Shown piece by piece: positions 1 to 10,571 of a DNA stretch of 64,000 nt. The DNA lies in assembly GCA_963667015.2 (NCBI GenBank), contig CAXXJJ010000004.1, forward strand, positions 1,792,001-1,856,000. The letters run 5' to 3'. Within the stretch, counting starts at the first letter, position 1; each line of letters starts with the position of its first letter. This DNA comes from Desulfatiglandales bacterium (GTDB lineage: Bacteria > Desulfobacterota > DSM-4660 > Desulfatiglandales > HGW-15). The notes under the pieces are model-generated. The model saw nothing but the letters and a program-made list of their open reading frames with translations. It was not told the DNA's origin and did no database searches. Position numbers and translations under genes: made by a program.

Positions 1-518
1 ACACAGACATGAAAAGGCATATAAAAAACCATTATTTTCAAATCTTAAAGACCGCGTCAAGGATTGCTTACCAGGTATTTCACGATAGTAAGGACATAAG
101 ATTTCCAATTTCATTAAAGAGAATTTGTAAGTTAATGTCTTTCATATTTTAGTATACTACTTATCCTTTACCAGGCGGATTTAAATAATAAAATCATTAC
201 AATATAGTTAAAGCTTATGCAGGATATGTGTTTATCCAGACAAGCCTCGGCAGAAAACACAACTTCCGCATAAACTCATTTTGACATAGTTAATTCAATG
301 GGTTAACATGTAAAACGTGTAATTTTTGAAGGTCCTTAGCCAGATTAATTGAGGAATGATATTACTGTATTCCTTTAAAAAATACACTGAGGACGATTTG
401 ATTTATTTTTTTTATGTTTAAAAAGCAAAAATATTCAAGCAAGATTTAAAAGGATCTGTCATATGGAAAATCCGTAATGGATGGCCGAGGTCAACAGGAC
501 CGGAAACGAGGAGGTCCC

Positions 519-980
519 TTGAAAGAAATCCTATACATTGATGTACTTCAAAATATTGAGTCTCTTATTGAAGGAGAGACAGATATAATAGCGGTGATGT
601 CAACAATATCCTGTGAATTATTTCATGCCTTTAAGCATTTTAACTGGGTCGGATTCTACAGGCGTGTTGACGAAAAAACATTGAAAGTAGGGCACTATCA
701 AGGGACACACGGGTGCCTGAAAATAGATCTTGAAAACGGTGTGTGCGGGAAATGTGCAAGAGAAGGTGAGATCCAGATAGAAAATGATGTAAATGCAATA
801 CCCCATCATATCGCCTGCTCTAGCGATACCAAATCCGAAATGGTTCTCCCGATAAAAGATCATGAAAATACTGTCAGGGCAGTATTGGATATCGACTCAA
901 CAGAAATTAACAGTTTTGATGAGGTAGACAAAAAGTACCTTATGACTATATGCGAATACATTGGAGAGAGGTATAAATAA
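519..980 (+). CDS. msrC: GAF-domain protein, free methionine-R-sulfoxide reductase-like
   Basis: Motifs NWVGFY, YQG..GC..I, GVCG, HIAC...SE.V.P and LDIDS. TTG start at 519 after GGAGG (ORF track starts at 477). Confidence 0.75.
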   Translation: MKEILYIDVLQNIESLIEGETDIIAVMSTISCELFHAFKHFNWVGFYRRVDEKTLKVGHYQGTHGCLKIDLENGVCGKCAREGEIQIENDVNAIPHHIACSSDTKSEMVLPIKDHENTVRAVLDIDSTEINSFDEVDKKYLMTICEYIGERYK

Positions 981-1034
981 TCATCCATTCAATAGGATGG
1001 CAACTGGGATATTAAATAGAGGAAACCCATTAAA

Positions 1035-1625
1035 ATGAAAAATTTTTTTCTTTGTTTTGTTCCATTTTTTATCGCGGTTGATGCAATCGGAGTTCTGCCA
1101 ATCTTTCTGGGATTAACAGAAGGTCTCGGCCCAAAACACAGGAAAAAAATTATTTTCCAGTCAGTTATAACTGCCTCAGTAGTGGCAGTTGCTTTTCTTC
1201 TCGGAGGACCTTTACTTCTTAGAGTTGTAGGAGTAGGGGTTTCTGATTTTATGGTTTCCGGAGGGATTTTACTTCTCGTAATATCTTTTTCCGATTTATT
1301 AACAGGAGAAAAACGCCAGCGCGCAGTAGATGCAGAAACAATCGGCGCTGTTCCGATAGGCGTTCCTATACTAACCGGGCCGGCAGTATTAACTACTTCG
1401 ATACTTATGACCAATGAATATGGGACTATTTTAACAACTCTGGCATTACTGGCAAATTTTCTTATTGTCGGTGTCGTGTTTTTTATGGCCTCTAAAATTG
1501 AACGTGTCCTGGGACAGGTTGGAAGCAAAACCGTTTCCAAAGTAGCGAGCTTATTTTTAGCCTCCATAGCGGTGATGCTGATTCGCCGGGGTATTCTGGA
1601 GATTATTGAAGCAGGCATAAAATAA
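1035..1625 (+). CDS. MarC family membrane protein
   Basis: Hydrophobic protein with FIAVDAIG..PIF, F.VSGGILL and VPIGVP..GPA motifs. Confidence 0.9.
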   Translation: MKNFFLCFVPFFIAVDAIGVLPIFLGLTEGLGPKHRKKIIFQSVITASVVAVAFLLGGPLLLRVVGVGVSDFMVSGGILLLVISFSDLLTGEKRQRAVDAETIGAVPIGVPILTGPAVLTTSILMTNEYGTILTTLALLANFLIVGVVFFMASKIERVLGQVGSKTVSKVASLFLASIAVMLIRRGILEIIEAGIK

Positions 1626-1637
1626 AGAGAGAATTAA

Positions 1638-1955
1638 ATGAAAACCTTTTCAGACAAAGTGTATGACCTATTAAGGAAGGTTCCCGAAGGACATGTGACA
1701 ACCTATAAAGAACTGGCAAATGCGCTGGGGACAAAAGCCTACAGAGGGGTCGGACAGGCTATGAAAAGAAACCCCTATGCACCCGAGGTCCCATGTCACC
1801 GGGTTGTTGCGACATCCGGTAAAATTGGCGGATTTCAGGGAAATACATCCGGTGCATCCATACAGAGAAAAATAAGGATGCTTAAAGCAGAAGGAATCGA
1901 GTTCGAGGACGGTAGAATAAAGAATTTTGAAAAAGTCCTCTTCAGATTTTCCTGA
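1638..1955 (+). CDS. MGMT-family methylated-DNA--protein-cysteine methyltransferase (DNA-binding domain only)
   Basis: VP.G.VTTY..LA, RGVGQAM..NP and active-site PCHRVV. Confidence 0.9.
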   Translation: MKTFSDKVYDLLRKVPEGHVTTYKELANALGTKAYRGVGQAMKRNPYAPEVPCHRVVATSGKIGGFQGNTSGASIQRKIRMLKAEGIEFEDGRIKNFEKVLFRFS

Positions 1956-2025
1956 TCCTAAAAACTGCAGCTAAGGATATATAAGATTCCCGGTAATTGA
2001 TTACGGTAAAGAGGGTATAAGATAG

Positions 2026-2475
2026 ATGGTTATAAATTACTCAAATTATATTATTATCTGTCTTGCTATTGCACTGCTATTATGCATGAGCAACTGTTCG
2101 CCTGCTTCCGAAGAACAGGTCGAAACAGCAGCATCAGAAGTGGAGGCCCGTGAGATCGCCTTTGCAAAAACCATGGCAGATCGTGATTTTGATGCATTCC
2201 TGGGTTTCATATCTCCTGAAGCCGTATTTTTCAGCGGCAACAAACCCATAACAGGACGTGATGCCGTTGGCAAGGCATGGGCAAAATACTTTGAGGGTGA
2301 GACAGCACCCTTCTCATGGCAACCCGATGTAGTTGAAGTACTTGAGTCCAGTCGACTTGCTCTCACTTCCGGCCCAGTCCGGGCGGCATCCGGAGAAATG
2401 ATAGGGAGATTCAACTCCATCTGGAGAAGGGATGAAGACGGCCAGTGGCGTGTAGTATTTGATAAAGGTTCATAA
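2026..2475 (+). CDS. NTF2/SnoaL-like (DUF4440/YybH) exported protein
   Basis: Hydrophobic N-terminus. E.AFA..MADRD...F, and SIWRR..DG.WRVVFDKGS C-terminus. Confidence 0.8.
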   Translation: MVINYSNYIIICLAIALLLCMSNCSPASEEQVETAASEVEAREIAFAKTMADRDFDAFLGFISPEAVFFSGNKPITGRDAVGKAWAKYFEGETAPFSWQPDVVEVLESSRLALTSGPVRAASGEMIGRFNSIWRRDEDGQWRVVFDKGS

Positions 2476-2523
2476 CTGCATCAAAACTACTATTGATCAC
2501 ATTTAATTTAAAAGAAGCTTCTG

Positions 2524-3699
2524 TTATTTATTCGATATTTCTCTTAGCCTGGCAATTTTTGATTCATAAAGCAGCCGGCTATTCTCATTTTCTGTAAGGT
2601 GGGCAGCCTGCTTCAGGCTTTCTTCCGCATCATCCCGTCTTCCCAGCCTGGCATATATCTTTGCCGCCAGAAAATGAAAGCGGTACTCCTTTTTATATCT
2701 GTCAATTGCCCATATAATATTTTTCAGTGCAAGCTCCGGCTGATTGTCATCAAGCAGCTTCTCGGCCAGATAATAGCGGTAGTAAGGATTCTTCATACGG
2801 GATCGTTCTGCTTCCTGCTTGTAGTAATTCGCCAGTTCAGCATTATCCTGTAATACATAGAGACGCTGAAGATTACTGATAGCGGTGAGTTCGGATGAAT
2901 CCAGTTCCAGTGAACGCAAAAAGGCTGACTCAGCTTCCTTATGATGGCCGTAGCGAAGATATAGAACTCCCATATTAACCCATAAAAAAGCCTGATCCGG
3001 CTGTAGCATCAGAGCCTTTTTAAAATAAAGAAAAGCGTTCTCCATATCATTGATCTTGAGATAATCTGTTCCCCTGTTGTTGTAGTAATGGGCTTCGGCT
3101 GCGGTATCAGAAATTCTGTACTGCGGATAACTGTTGTCATACTCTTCTATATCAAGATCCAATACCATACGCTTGCCGCCCACCCTTGTCAGGACATTCA
3201 CATGACGCAATAGCACAACAGTCTGTTCAGTCTGAATGTCCCAAGTGGACGGAATATGGACCTCGTTAAACTGCATCTTCAGGCCCAGCTCTCTACTCAG
3301 AGCTGTCATCATTATGGCATATGATATGCAGTTTCCCTGTCTGTGATGAAAGGAATCCGATGCACTGTATGTTTTAAAAGGATCATATTCCCATCCTAAT
3401 AGCGTTTTATCCATCACTGCTTCTATCAGCTTCTTGAGTTTTGAATAATTACCACCATCTGGAATATGCATCTTTAAAAAATCGCTCATTTCCGGTGTTA
3501 TCTCAAAGATATCGTCCTCAGGCAAAGATAACCCTATAGCACTGTCTCCCAGCAGGGTTTCACCACTGAGGACCCGGGTCAGCAGGACCCGGGTAGGTTC
3601 TGAATGGGGTTGGACTGTCCGGCATCCGCAATAAATCCATGCAAGACATATTGCCATCAACAGGAATGATGCGTATTGTCTGAAATATTTATTGTTCAT
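2524..3699 (-). CDS. Transglutaminase-like/TPR lipoprotein
   Basis: Lipobox-like Cys, GNC.S motif, HVN..., and several TPR-like repeats (AHYYNNRG, W.N.G.LY). Confidence 0.75.
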   Translation of the reverse strand: MNNKYFRQYASFLLMAICLAWIYCGCRTVQPHSEPTRVLLTRVLSGETLLGDSAIGLSLPEDDIFEITPEMSDFLKMHIPDGGNYSKLKKLIEAVMDKTLLGWEYDPFKTYSASDSFHHRQGNCISYAIMMTALSRELGLKMQFNEVHIPSTWDIQTEQTVVLLRHVNVLTRVGGKRMVLDLDIEEYDNSYPQYRISDTAAEAHYYNNRGTDYLKINDMENAFLYFKKALMLQPDQAFLWVNMGVLYLRYGHHKEAESAFLRSLELDSSELTAISNLQRLYVLQDNAELANYYKQEAERSRMKNPYYRYYLAEKLLDDNQPELALKNIIWAIDRYKKEYRFHFLAAKIYARLGRRDDAEESLKQAAHLTENENSRLLYESKIARLREISNK

Positions 3700-3845
3700 T
3701 ATAATCCCAAGTATAAAAGCCGAGGGTAGAGATAATGTTAGCAGATTAAAAAGTCATTGGAAAGGGAGAATATTCCTTGAAAATAAAAAAGGCAGCAGGT
3801 CCGAAAACCCGCTTCCTATTTATTTACGCTTTAGCGTGAGAAAAA

Positions 3846-3870
3846 GACGGGGCGCCAAAAGCACCCCGTC
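3846..3870 (-). terminator. Hairpin downstream of the TonB receptor (probable intrinsic terminator)
   Basis: GACGGGGCGC-CAAAA-GCACCCCGTC stem, followed on the minus strand by a T-run. Confidence 0.6.
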
Positions 3871-3897
3871 CATTCGGTCTAACGAGAAAAGTTATTA

Positions 3898-6699
3898 CTA
3901 AAATTCATAGGTAGCGCTAACAAAAAGCCTGCGACCGATCACGTCGTACAAACCAGGCTCCGTATTGGCGTTGAACTGGCTGTGGAAATACGGTGGATCT
4001 TTATCAAGCACGTTGTTGATACCCGCAGTGATACGGAGTTGATTCCAGATGTAAGTACCTACCAGGTCGGTATAGAGCATGGCTTCCGCCTTTGCGTCGG
4101 AAGTTGTTGACGGCGCACGCCACAGGTCGTCGCACTCGGACAACCAACGGAAGATCAGATCCGCGCTCCAGGATGAGCCTGCGAGTCCTAAGTCGGTGGT
4201 CGCTCTCCATTCCGGGAATACGCCAAAGCCGTCCGCGGTCCCAGCCTGTTCAATCTGTGAATCCAGGTTGGTTCCGGACTTGTAGCTCATCAGGTAGGTG
4301 ACGTCTACTTTTGCGTTGAATCCAAGGCCGTTGCGTAAATCTTTACTGAAGCTCGCCGAGAAGTCGATACCATCGGTTTCCAGGGTTCCCAGGTTACCGT
4401 ACTCGGTTAAAAGGTCACCCGCCGCCACACCCCAGTATTGAATCGGATCCCAAACGGCACAAGCCGCTGAGGTGGACATATCCTCGGAAGCCAGACACTG
4501 GTTGAACAGGGCATTGGCGTTCGGTACATCGATTACGTCTTCAACCTCTACATTCCAGTAGTCAGTACTGAAGACCAGACCGCCACCAAGAACATCCATA
4601 TTCCACACGAATCCAAACGTGAAGTTGTCGGAATTCTCAGGTTTAAGTGGTGACGACGGAGCCAAATAGTTCTGGGTGGACTGCCATTGGCCACCAAATT
4701 CACCGGCATCGGTCGTATCCATGCCAATGGCCTGGCAGTTATCGTAGAGGGTCTGGGAGATTTCACCCGCTGCAAGTGCGCGATCGCCAAATTCACAGGG
4801 GTTGTTTACTACCGGGAACGTGGTGCTGCCTGTGTCGTTCAGCTCGGCGATGTTAGGTGCACGGAAGCCCGTACCGATGGTGCCTCTCAGGCGGAAGCCG
4901 TCGAAAGCCTCCCAATCCGCACCCAGCTTCCAGGTCGTCTTGGAAGAGTCAACGGAGTCATAGTCGGACCAGCGGAAAGAAGCATCAAAGCTCAATACAT
5001 CCAGGACTGGAAACAGCATTTCGCCATAGACCTCGTCTGCCGTAAATGCCCCTTCCAGCGGGTCGGTGGCACCACCGGTCGTCAAGCCTGAGGCGATAAA
5101 CTCGTCTGGTGAGTAAGTGCCACTCTCACGACGATGCATGTACCCTGCAGCCCACCCTATGTTGCCACCATCCAGTTCGGACAATTCACCGGTCAGGTTC
5201 AGTTCAACCATCTTGAGGCTGGAGTTGTAGAGGTCTTTAAGCGAGCCAGTCGTCAGATAGCTCATCTGTGCCGGGGTGATGGTGCCGTAATCCCCAAACG
5301 GGTTCAGCACGCCGGCAGCGGCACAGTCGGCATCGGCAGCACAGGCCACCGGGTCCACAGCGGTGGCCCAATGGTCGAAACGGCCGTAATTGAGGGTTTC
5401 GTCAACCGTCTGCGTTTCGGCCCAGGTATAGGCGACATCCCACTTGAACAGGTCTTCCAGCTCACCCCTAACACCCCATACCATACGGTACTGGTCGGCC
5501 TTCTGGGAAAATATTCGCCCACCGGATTCGACAAACCGACGATTGACACGCACGTCAATGCCGCACACATCGGCGTCATTCGAGCAAGCGACACTGCCGA
5601 ACGGGTTATACGGGTTATTGGCAGGAACAAAGTCGTTATTCTGCGTCCCGTTGTTGGGCGTTTCGACATCCGCGGCATTAAAAGATGCATCGGGCGCCAG
5701 CCTCTGGTGCGAGGTCCTGCGCGTGTACATGCCTTCGAAATAGACCTCCGTATTTTCAGCGATTTCGTACTTGCCCATAGTCGCGAACTGATAACGCTCG
5801 TTGGGCTGTGTCAAGGCGTTGACCAATGAATAGTTATATGAATCGGTGGTGGCGGAATACCGACGCGCCGTTCCAAGGGCCGTGTCATAAGTCCAGCTAC
5901 CAGCCGCATCACCAGAATCGACTCGAATCGTGCGGCTGTTCGACGAACCGGTGCCATAGAGTTTAAATGTGCCGTCTGGCTCGAGCAATGGATAAAACGA
6001 ATCAGCGGCCCAGTCACGCTCGCCCTGCAGCAACTCTTTCTGCTTGGACCAGGACATCGAGAAGACGATGTGGCCCCTGTCATTGCCGGCACCAGCGAGC
6101 ATGGATATGCCATAATTTTCGGCATCCCATTCCTGGGTTCCGGCGCCGTAATCGGTCGTGATACGCACTCCTTCGAACTCGTCATCGAGGACAAAGTTGA
6201 CCACGCCGGCGATGGCGTCTGATCCATAAATACTGGATGCCCCATCTGTCAGCACGTCTACCCGTTTGATCATGGCTTCCGGGATGGTGTTGATATCCAC
6301 TGCACCATCATAGGTTGCGTCACCAATGGTCCTGCGGCCGTTGACCAGGACCAGTGTGCGGTTGAAACCCAGACCGCGTACGTCGATCTTCGTTTGACCC
6401 TGGTCACTACCGTTATTGGTCGATTTGCCCATCTGGTAGCCGGTGAACTGCGGGACATATTTCAGGAATTCGTCAACACTGCTGTTACCCGACAGGGTGA
6501 TGTCCTGTTCGTCGAACACGGCCAGCGGGCTCGAGGACGAAAACCCTTGCCTGGCGATCCTTGAACCGGTAACAACAATCTCTTCAAGCATTACTTCATC
6601 TGTGCTGGCATCATCTTGAGCCAGAACGATTGTCCCGCCACTAAACAGCATGGCGAAACCCATCAATAAAACAATAAACATCCGCTGCTTTTTCATCAT
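3898..6699 (-). CDS. TonB-dependent receptor
   Basis: Signal peptide, TonB box EEIVVTGSRI, plug motifs RGLG..RTLVLVNGRR and DGAS.IYGSDAIAGVVN, C-terminal YEF. Confidence 0.95.
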   Translation of the reverse strand: MMKKQRMFIVLLMGFAMLFSGGTIVLAQDDASTDEVMLEEIVVTGSRIARQGFSSSSPLAVFDEQDITLSGNSSVDEFLKYVPQFTGYQMGKSTNNGSDQGQTKIDVRGLGFNRTLVLVNGRRTIGDATYDGAVDINTIPEAMIKRVDVLTDGASSIYGSDAIAGVVNFVLDDEFEGVRITTDYGAGTQEWDAENYGISMLAGAGNDRGHIVFSMSWSKQKELLQGERDWAADSFYPLLEPDGTFKLYGTGSSNSRTIRVDSGDAAGSWTYDTALGTARRYSATTDSYNYSLVNALTQPNERYQFATMGKYEIAENTEVYFEGMYTRRTSHQRLAPDASFNAADVETPNNGTQNNDFVPANNPYNPFGSVACSNDADVCGIDVRVNRRFVESGGRIFSQKADQYRMVWGVRGELEDLFKWDVAYTWAETQTVDETLNYGRFDHWATAVDPVACAADADCAAAGVLNPFGDYGTITPAQMSYLTTGSLKDLYNSSLKMVELNLTGELSELDGGNIGWAAGYMHRRESGTYSPDEFIASGLTTGGATDPLEGAFTADEVYGEMLFPVLDVLSFDASFRWSDYDSVDSSKTTWKLGADWEAFDGFRLRGTIGTGFRAPNIAELNDTGSTTFPVVNNPCEFGDRALAAGEISQTLYDNCQAIGMDTTDAGEFGGQWQSTQNYLAPSSPLKPENSDNFTFGFVWNMDVLGGGLVFSTDYWNVEVEDVIDVPNANALFNQCLASEDMSTSAACAVWDPIQYWGVAAGDLLTEYGNLGTLETDGIDFSASFSKDLRNGLGFNAKVDVTYLMSYKSGTNLDSQIEQAGTADGFGVFPEWRATTDLGLAGSSWSADLIFRWLSECDDLWRAPSTTSDAKAEAMLYTDLVGTYIWNQLRITAGINNVLDKDPPYFHSQFNANTEPGLYDVIGRRLFVSATYEF

Positions 6700-6952
6700 C
6701 TAATTTCCTCCCTTTCAAAATAAGATTTTTGGTAAACAGCACTCTAATTCTAGTTATAAAGTGAATCAAATTTTAACAGATATGACAAAATTAGCGTTTA
6801 ATGTCAAGGGATTACATAGTTTTAAAAAAAATCTTCTATACCAAAATGTAATTAAAGCAGCATAGCCATATTTCACAAATTTGTTGAAGCAGAGATTTGC
6901 AGAAAAAACAAAGGCTAGCCCGGAAGTCTCTCTTACCAGGGGGAGTATTCAG

Positions 6953-7816
6953 TTATTTAGATTTTCTGATTTCCGAGACAAGAATCCCAAGCAGTATCAG
7001 ACTTCCACCAACCCATTCCTTTGCGGAGAAACTCTGATCCAGAATTACAAATGAAAATACAGTAGCAAACACAGGCTCAAGGCTGAAAATCAGAGCTGTG
7101 TGATTGGGATTGGAATATTGCTGGGCCCATCCCTGGATGAAAAATGCCAAGGCCGTGGCAAGAACCCCCAGCACAAAGAGATAGAAAAGCAGATAGGGGT
7201 CCCAGATAATAAAAGGTGACTCCAGCAAGGGTGCCATAACCGAACATAGAATTGCGCTGCAGGCCATCATTACAAAAATCAGACGGCGGTAGTTGGTCTG
7301 CCGGACAAAACGTCCCAGAAACAGGATATGAAAGGCAAACATAAAGGCGCATATCAGCGTTAAAAAATCTCCCGAATGCATGCTGAAGTCGCTTGAGTCT
7401 GCCAGCAGAAGGACCAGTCCCACTGTTGCCATGAGAACGCCGATGACAATCTGGACTGATGACCTGTGACGAAAAATCAGAAAGCCCAGGACCGGGACAA
7501 GGAGAACACACAGGCTGGTAATAAATGCGGAATTTGACGGAGTGGTGTCGCGCAGCCCCAGTGTCTGAAGCACAAAGCCTCCAAGAAAGGCCAGGGACAG
7601 GAGAAAACCCTTCAGGATGGTTCGTGAATCGATATACCGAAACTGTCCCGGCATAACGGCGGCAATTACCACGGCTGCTATCCAGAATCTCAGAGAAACA
7701 AGCGTTAAGGGAGAAACCAGTAGAAGAGCTTTTTTAACGATAGTGAAGGTACTGCCCCATATAATTGTAATAAAAATCAGTAAAATATCAGCCTGTACCA
7801 GCCTGCTTATCTTCAT
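6953..7816 (-). CDS. DMT/EamA family transporter
   Basis: IWGSTF..VK, QT.GL..TT.SN.AFIT and IFSLEPVFA motifs. Likely start MKISRL at 7816. Confidence 0.9.
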   Translation of the reverse strand: MKISRLVQADILLIFITIIWGSTFTIVKKALLLVSPLTLVSLRFWIAAVVIAAVMPGQFRYIDSRTILKGFLLSLAFLGGFVLQTLGLRDTTPSNSAFITSLCVLLVPVLGFLIFRHRSSVQIVIGVLMATVGLVLLLADSSDFSMHSGDFLTLICAFMFAFHILFLGRFVRQTNYRRLIFVMMACSAILCSVMAPLLESPFIIWDPYLLFYLFVLGVLATALAFFIQGWAQQYSNPNHTALIFSLEPVFATVFSFVILDQSFSAKEWVGGSLILLGILVSEIRKSK

Positions 7817-8088
7817 ATTTCCTGTCCGCTCATAATTTAGAATCCACAAAAATAAAAAAAGAGTTAACAATAAATTGCTAACTCCCTGATTTTAAACGGT
7901 AGACCTAACAGTGCCAGCTTTCCTTCATAATTTCAATCTTTTATCATATCCCGCAGCCCGATAGCTACTATTTTTTCACATTCTCCCATAATCGCCTTAA
8001 AAGTAGAACTATACTTTTCCTTTCAAATAAAAATGAAGGTTACAAAACCATGGCGTAATTAATCACAATACCGGATGATCGTGTATTC

Positions 8089-8118
8089 TTGACTTACAAG
8101 TCAAAACTCTCCTATACT
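8089..8118 (+). promoter_or_regulatory. Sigma70-like promoter with a palindrome over the -35
   Basis: TTGACT-N18-TATACT, with perfect IR TTGACTT-AC-AAGTCAA at 8089-8104. Confidence 0.45.
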
Positions 8119-8222
8119 CGCATCTCAAAAAGGAACCTCTTATCAATTCAAATGGCACTTATAGCAGTTTTGGTAATTGCACACCTCTATCGAAATGACG
8201 ATACCGCGTCGGAGGAAGAATC

Positions 8223-8765
8223 ATGAAATCAGTTTTAATTATTGCCATCTCCCTATTTACTGTTTCACTCTCTGGCCAAGCCGAGCCGCCATCTCTGGAA
8301 AGCTGCGCAGCTATCGAACATCCGTTAGAGCGTCTTGCTTGCTATGACACACTGGCCGGCCGTTTACCTGCTGATACAGCGAAAGCAAGTGAAATAGAGA
8401 CCAACGTGGTTGATCCCGTAGCACCCAATTCCGACGACAATGTTCCGACTGTTCCTGCCGTGACGTCAACTGTCCCCGCATTAGAGAAGACGCAGGATGC
8501 AGAAGCTATCTTCGGATTAGAACATAAACAGGGAAAGGATCGGCCTGATAAACTAAAACTTAAGTGGACCAAGAAAGAGAAAGACGGTTTTGGCAAGTGG
8601 ATCATTACCCTGGAAAATGGACAGGTATGGCGCCAGACCGAAAGCAGGCGTTTCAGCTTCCTAAATTCGGAGCAGTGGGTAGTTATCTATCGAGGCGCTT
8701 TGGGTTCATTCTTTATGGGAGAGCCGGAGAGCCATATACGGACCCGTGTAAAGAGAGTCAAATAA
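8223..8765 (+). CDS. Exported hypothetical protein
   Basis: RBS GGAGG, signal peptide, C..I....RLACYD N-terminal motif, and L.NGQVW.Q C-terminal domain. Confidence 0.75.
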   Translation: MKSVLIIAISLFTVSLSGQAEPPSLESCAAIEHPLERLACYDTLAGRLPADTAKASEIETNVVDPVAPNSDDNVPTVPAVTSTVPALEKTQDAEAIFGLEHKQGKDRPDKLKLKWTKKEKDGFGKWIITLENGQVWRQTESRRFSFLNSEQWVVIYRGALGSFFMGEPESHIRTRVKRVK

Positions 8766-8979
8766 TGTGGAATGAGTGGCGGTGTCACCATACCCACGGC
8801 AAAACCTGGGGTTTACCTTAAAGAAGTTAACTTTTATCTGGAAATACTTTAAAGCACCTGAAAATACTTCTTGGAGGAATGAGTCAACTCCCTATGTACT
8901 CCCAAAGTTTTAGAATGTTTCCGGCGTTTGAAAAGAAAACGCTATTAAAACTCACCGGATTTATACAACATAATCTTTG

Positions 8980-10122
8980 CTATTCCTTATGTGCTCCGCA
9001 TGACTGTCTAACTACCAGAGTTGAGTGGACAAGAATATCACGGGGAGGAAGTTTTGAATTATCTATCCTCTCCAGCATAACCTGCATAGCAATAGTCCCA
9101 ATTTCTGTACAGGGTTGATGAATAGTAGTCAGAGATGGCCGCAGCAGTTCCGCATAGCGGACATCGTCGAAACCGGCTACCCGGATTTTTTGGGGAACGG
9201 CATATCCAAGAGCATCAAGTGTTCGCATAAGGTTTGCTGCGGTCAGATCATTAGCGCAGATTATGGCGGTTGCTCCGCTCTCTGCAATACCTCTTACCAG
9301 TTTCTCATCAGTCGGATCTACACTGTGAATCCATTCAGGATCAGGTGATATCCCATTTTTAAAAAGAGCTTCGCGATATCCGGCTATACGAAGCATTACT
9401 GTTGGAGCAGAGCCCGGTCTGGATAGAAAGTCTACCCTCCTGCATCCAAGATTTATTAGATGACTTGTTACAAGAAAACCAGCCTGGCGATTATCAATAC
9501 CAACCAGGTCCAAATTACTCCTCTGTGGAAACGGGACAATATCCCTGTCCAGAAGGACAATCGGTATTCCGGCAGACTGCATGGCAGCAATTACCGATCG
9601 GTTAACACGATCTTTGTCTTCTGTCAGTTCCAGAGGTGCAAAAAATACACCGGCAACCCCTTGCCGAATATAGCTGTCACAGACCTGCTCAATTAAATCA
9701 CGATCCGGTTCACCCTGTCTTTCACCAAAATCACCCCATAAGAGTGTATGGTGTTGCTTCTGGGCAAGACGCGCGAGCTGACCGCAAATAGGTTCAAATA
9801 TTTCGGTGCTTCCGAGCCCGGGTATAAGGAGTCCGAAATGCCATGATTTGCCCTTCTTCTGAGTTCTATTAACATATGTCCCGGACCCAACTTTACGTTC
9901 AACCAGTCCCATATTCTGAAGATCGTGCAAAGCACGGGCAACCGTAGGGCGTGATGCTCCGAATTGTTTTACCAGTTCGGCCTCAGTGGGAAGGCGATCT
10001 CCTTCCTTGAGTTTTCCTGACTCAATATTTTCAAGGACATGTTCGAAAACCAGGCGATGTTTTGTTTTTTTATGCCCTGTTTTTTCATTTTCCGGGAAAT
10101 TCAGGCTTTGCGTCTTGGTCAT
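8980..10122 (-). CDS. GntR-HTH/LacI-type sugar-binding transcriptional regulator (AraR-like architecture)
   Basis: GDRLPTE.EL...GASR.TV..AL wHTH, followed by a periplasmic-binding fold (ICAND, GFDD, LTTI.QP). Confidence 0.9.
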   Translation of the reverse strand: MTKTQSLNFPENEKTGHKKTKHRLVFEHVLENIESGKLKEGDRLPTEAELVKQFGASRPTVARALHDLQNMGLVERKVGSGTYVNRTQKKGKSWHFGLLIPGLGSTEIFEPICGQLARLAQKQHHTLLWGDFGERQGEPDRDLIEQVCDSYIRQGVAGVFFAPLELTEDKDRVNRSVIAAMQSAGIPIVLLDRDIVPFPQRSNLDLVGIDNRQAGFLVTSHLINLGCRRVDFLSRPGSAPTVMLRIAGYREALFKNGISPDPEWIHSVDPTDEKLVRGIAESGATAIICANDLTAANLMRTLDALGYAVPQKIRVAGFDDVRYAELLRPSLTTIHQPCTEIGTIAMQVMLERIDNSKLPPRDILVHSTLVVRQSCGAHKE

Positions 10123-10145
10123 TTTTTCTCCTCTGATTGAAATTG

Positions 10146-10175
10146 ATATTACATATTCTCTGAAGAATATGTCAA
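10146..10175 (-). promoter_or_regulatory. Promoter of the regulator with an overlapping operator-like IR
   Basis: Minus strand TTGACA-N18-TAATAT. Perfect IR ACATATTCT-N4-AGAATATGT at 10151-10172. Confidence 0.55.
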
Positions 10176-10571
10176 TACAACTTTATGTCTCGCTCGACAT
10201 CATTTCAGAACGATCTGTAATTAAATGCTAAAATAGATCTATCTATTTGTTTTTTATTTTAATTTATGAAAAAAACAGGTGTAATAATTTTGAAAATATC
10301 TCAAGGATAAATCAATAAAGAGATAACAATCGGAGTTCTTTTTATTGACAATAAGCTATCATTTATAGCAAAAATGATCTGACATTATCAGGGTTTAAGA
10401 CATCAAATGAGTCTCCTCCCTGAAACGATAAAGTCGAACAAAATAAAATTTTGCAGGAGCCTGATTCAGGATACTGGATATCTAAGACTAAACAGGTAAA
10501 ACAATGGCATCCTTTTTATCCAGATTCAAGGATACTATTCAAATATAAAAGAAGGTATTAAAACTTTAAAA

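Noticed and set aside
989..1618. 209-aa minus-strand ORF
   Set aside because: Antisense shadow of marC.
4004..6458. Many short ORFs inside the TonB receptor gene
   Set aside because: Expected by-products of a GC-rich coding region.
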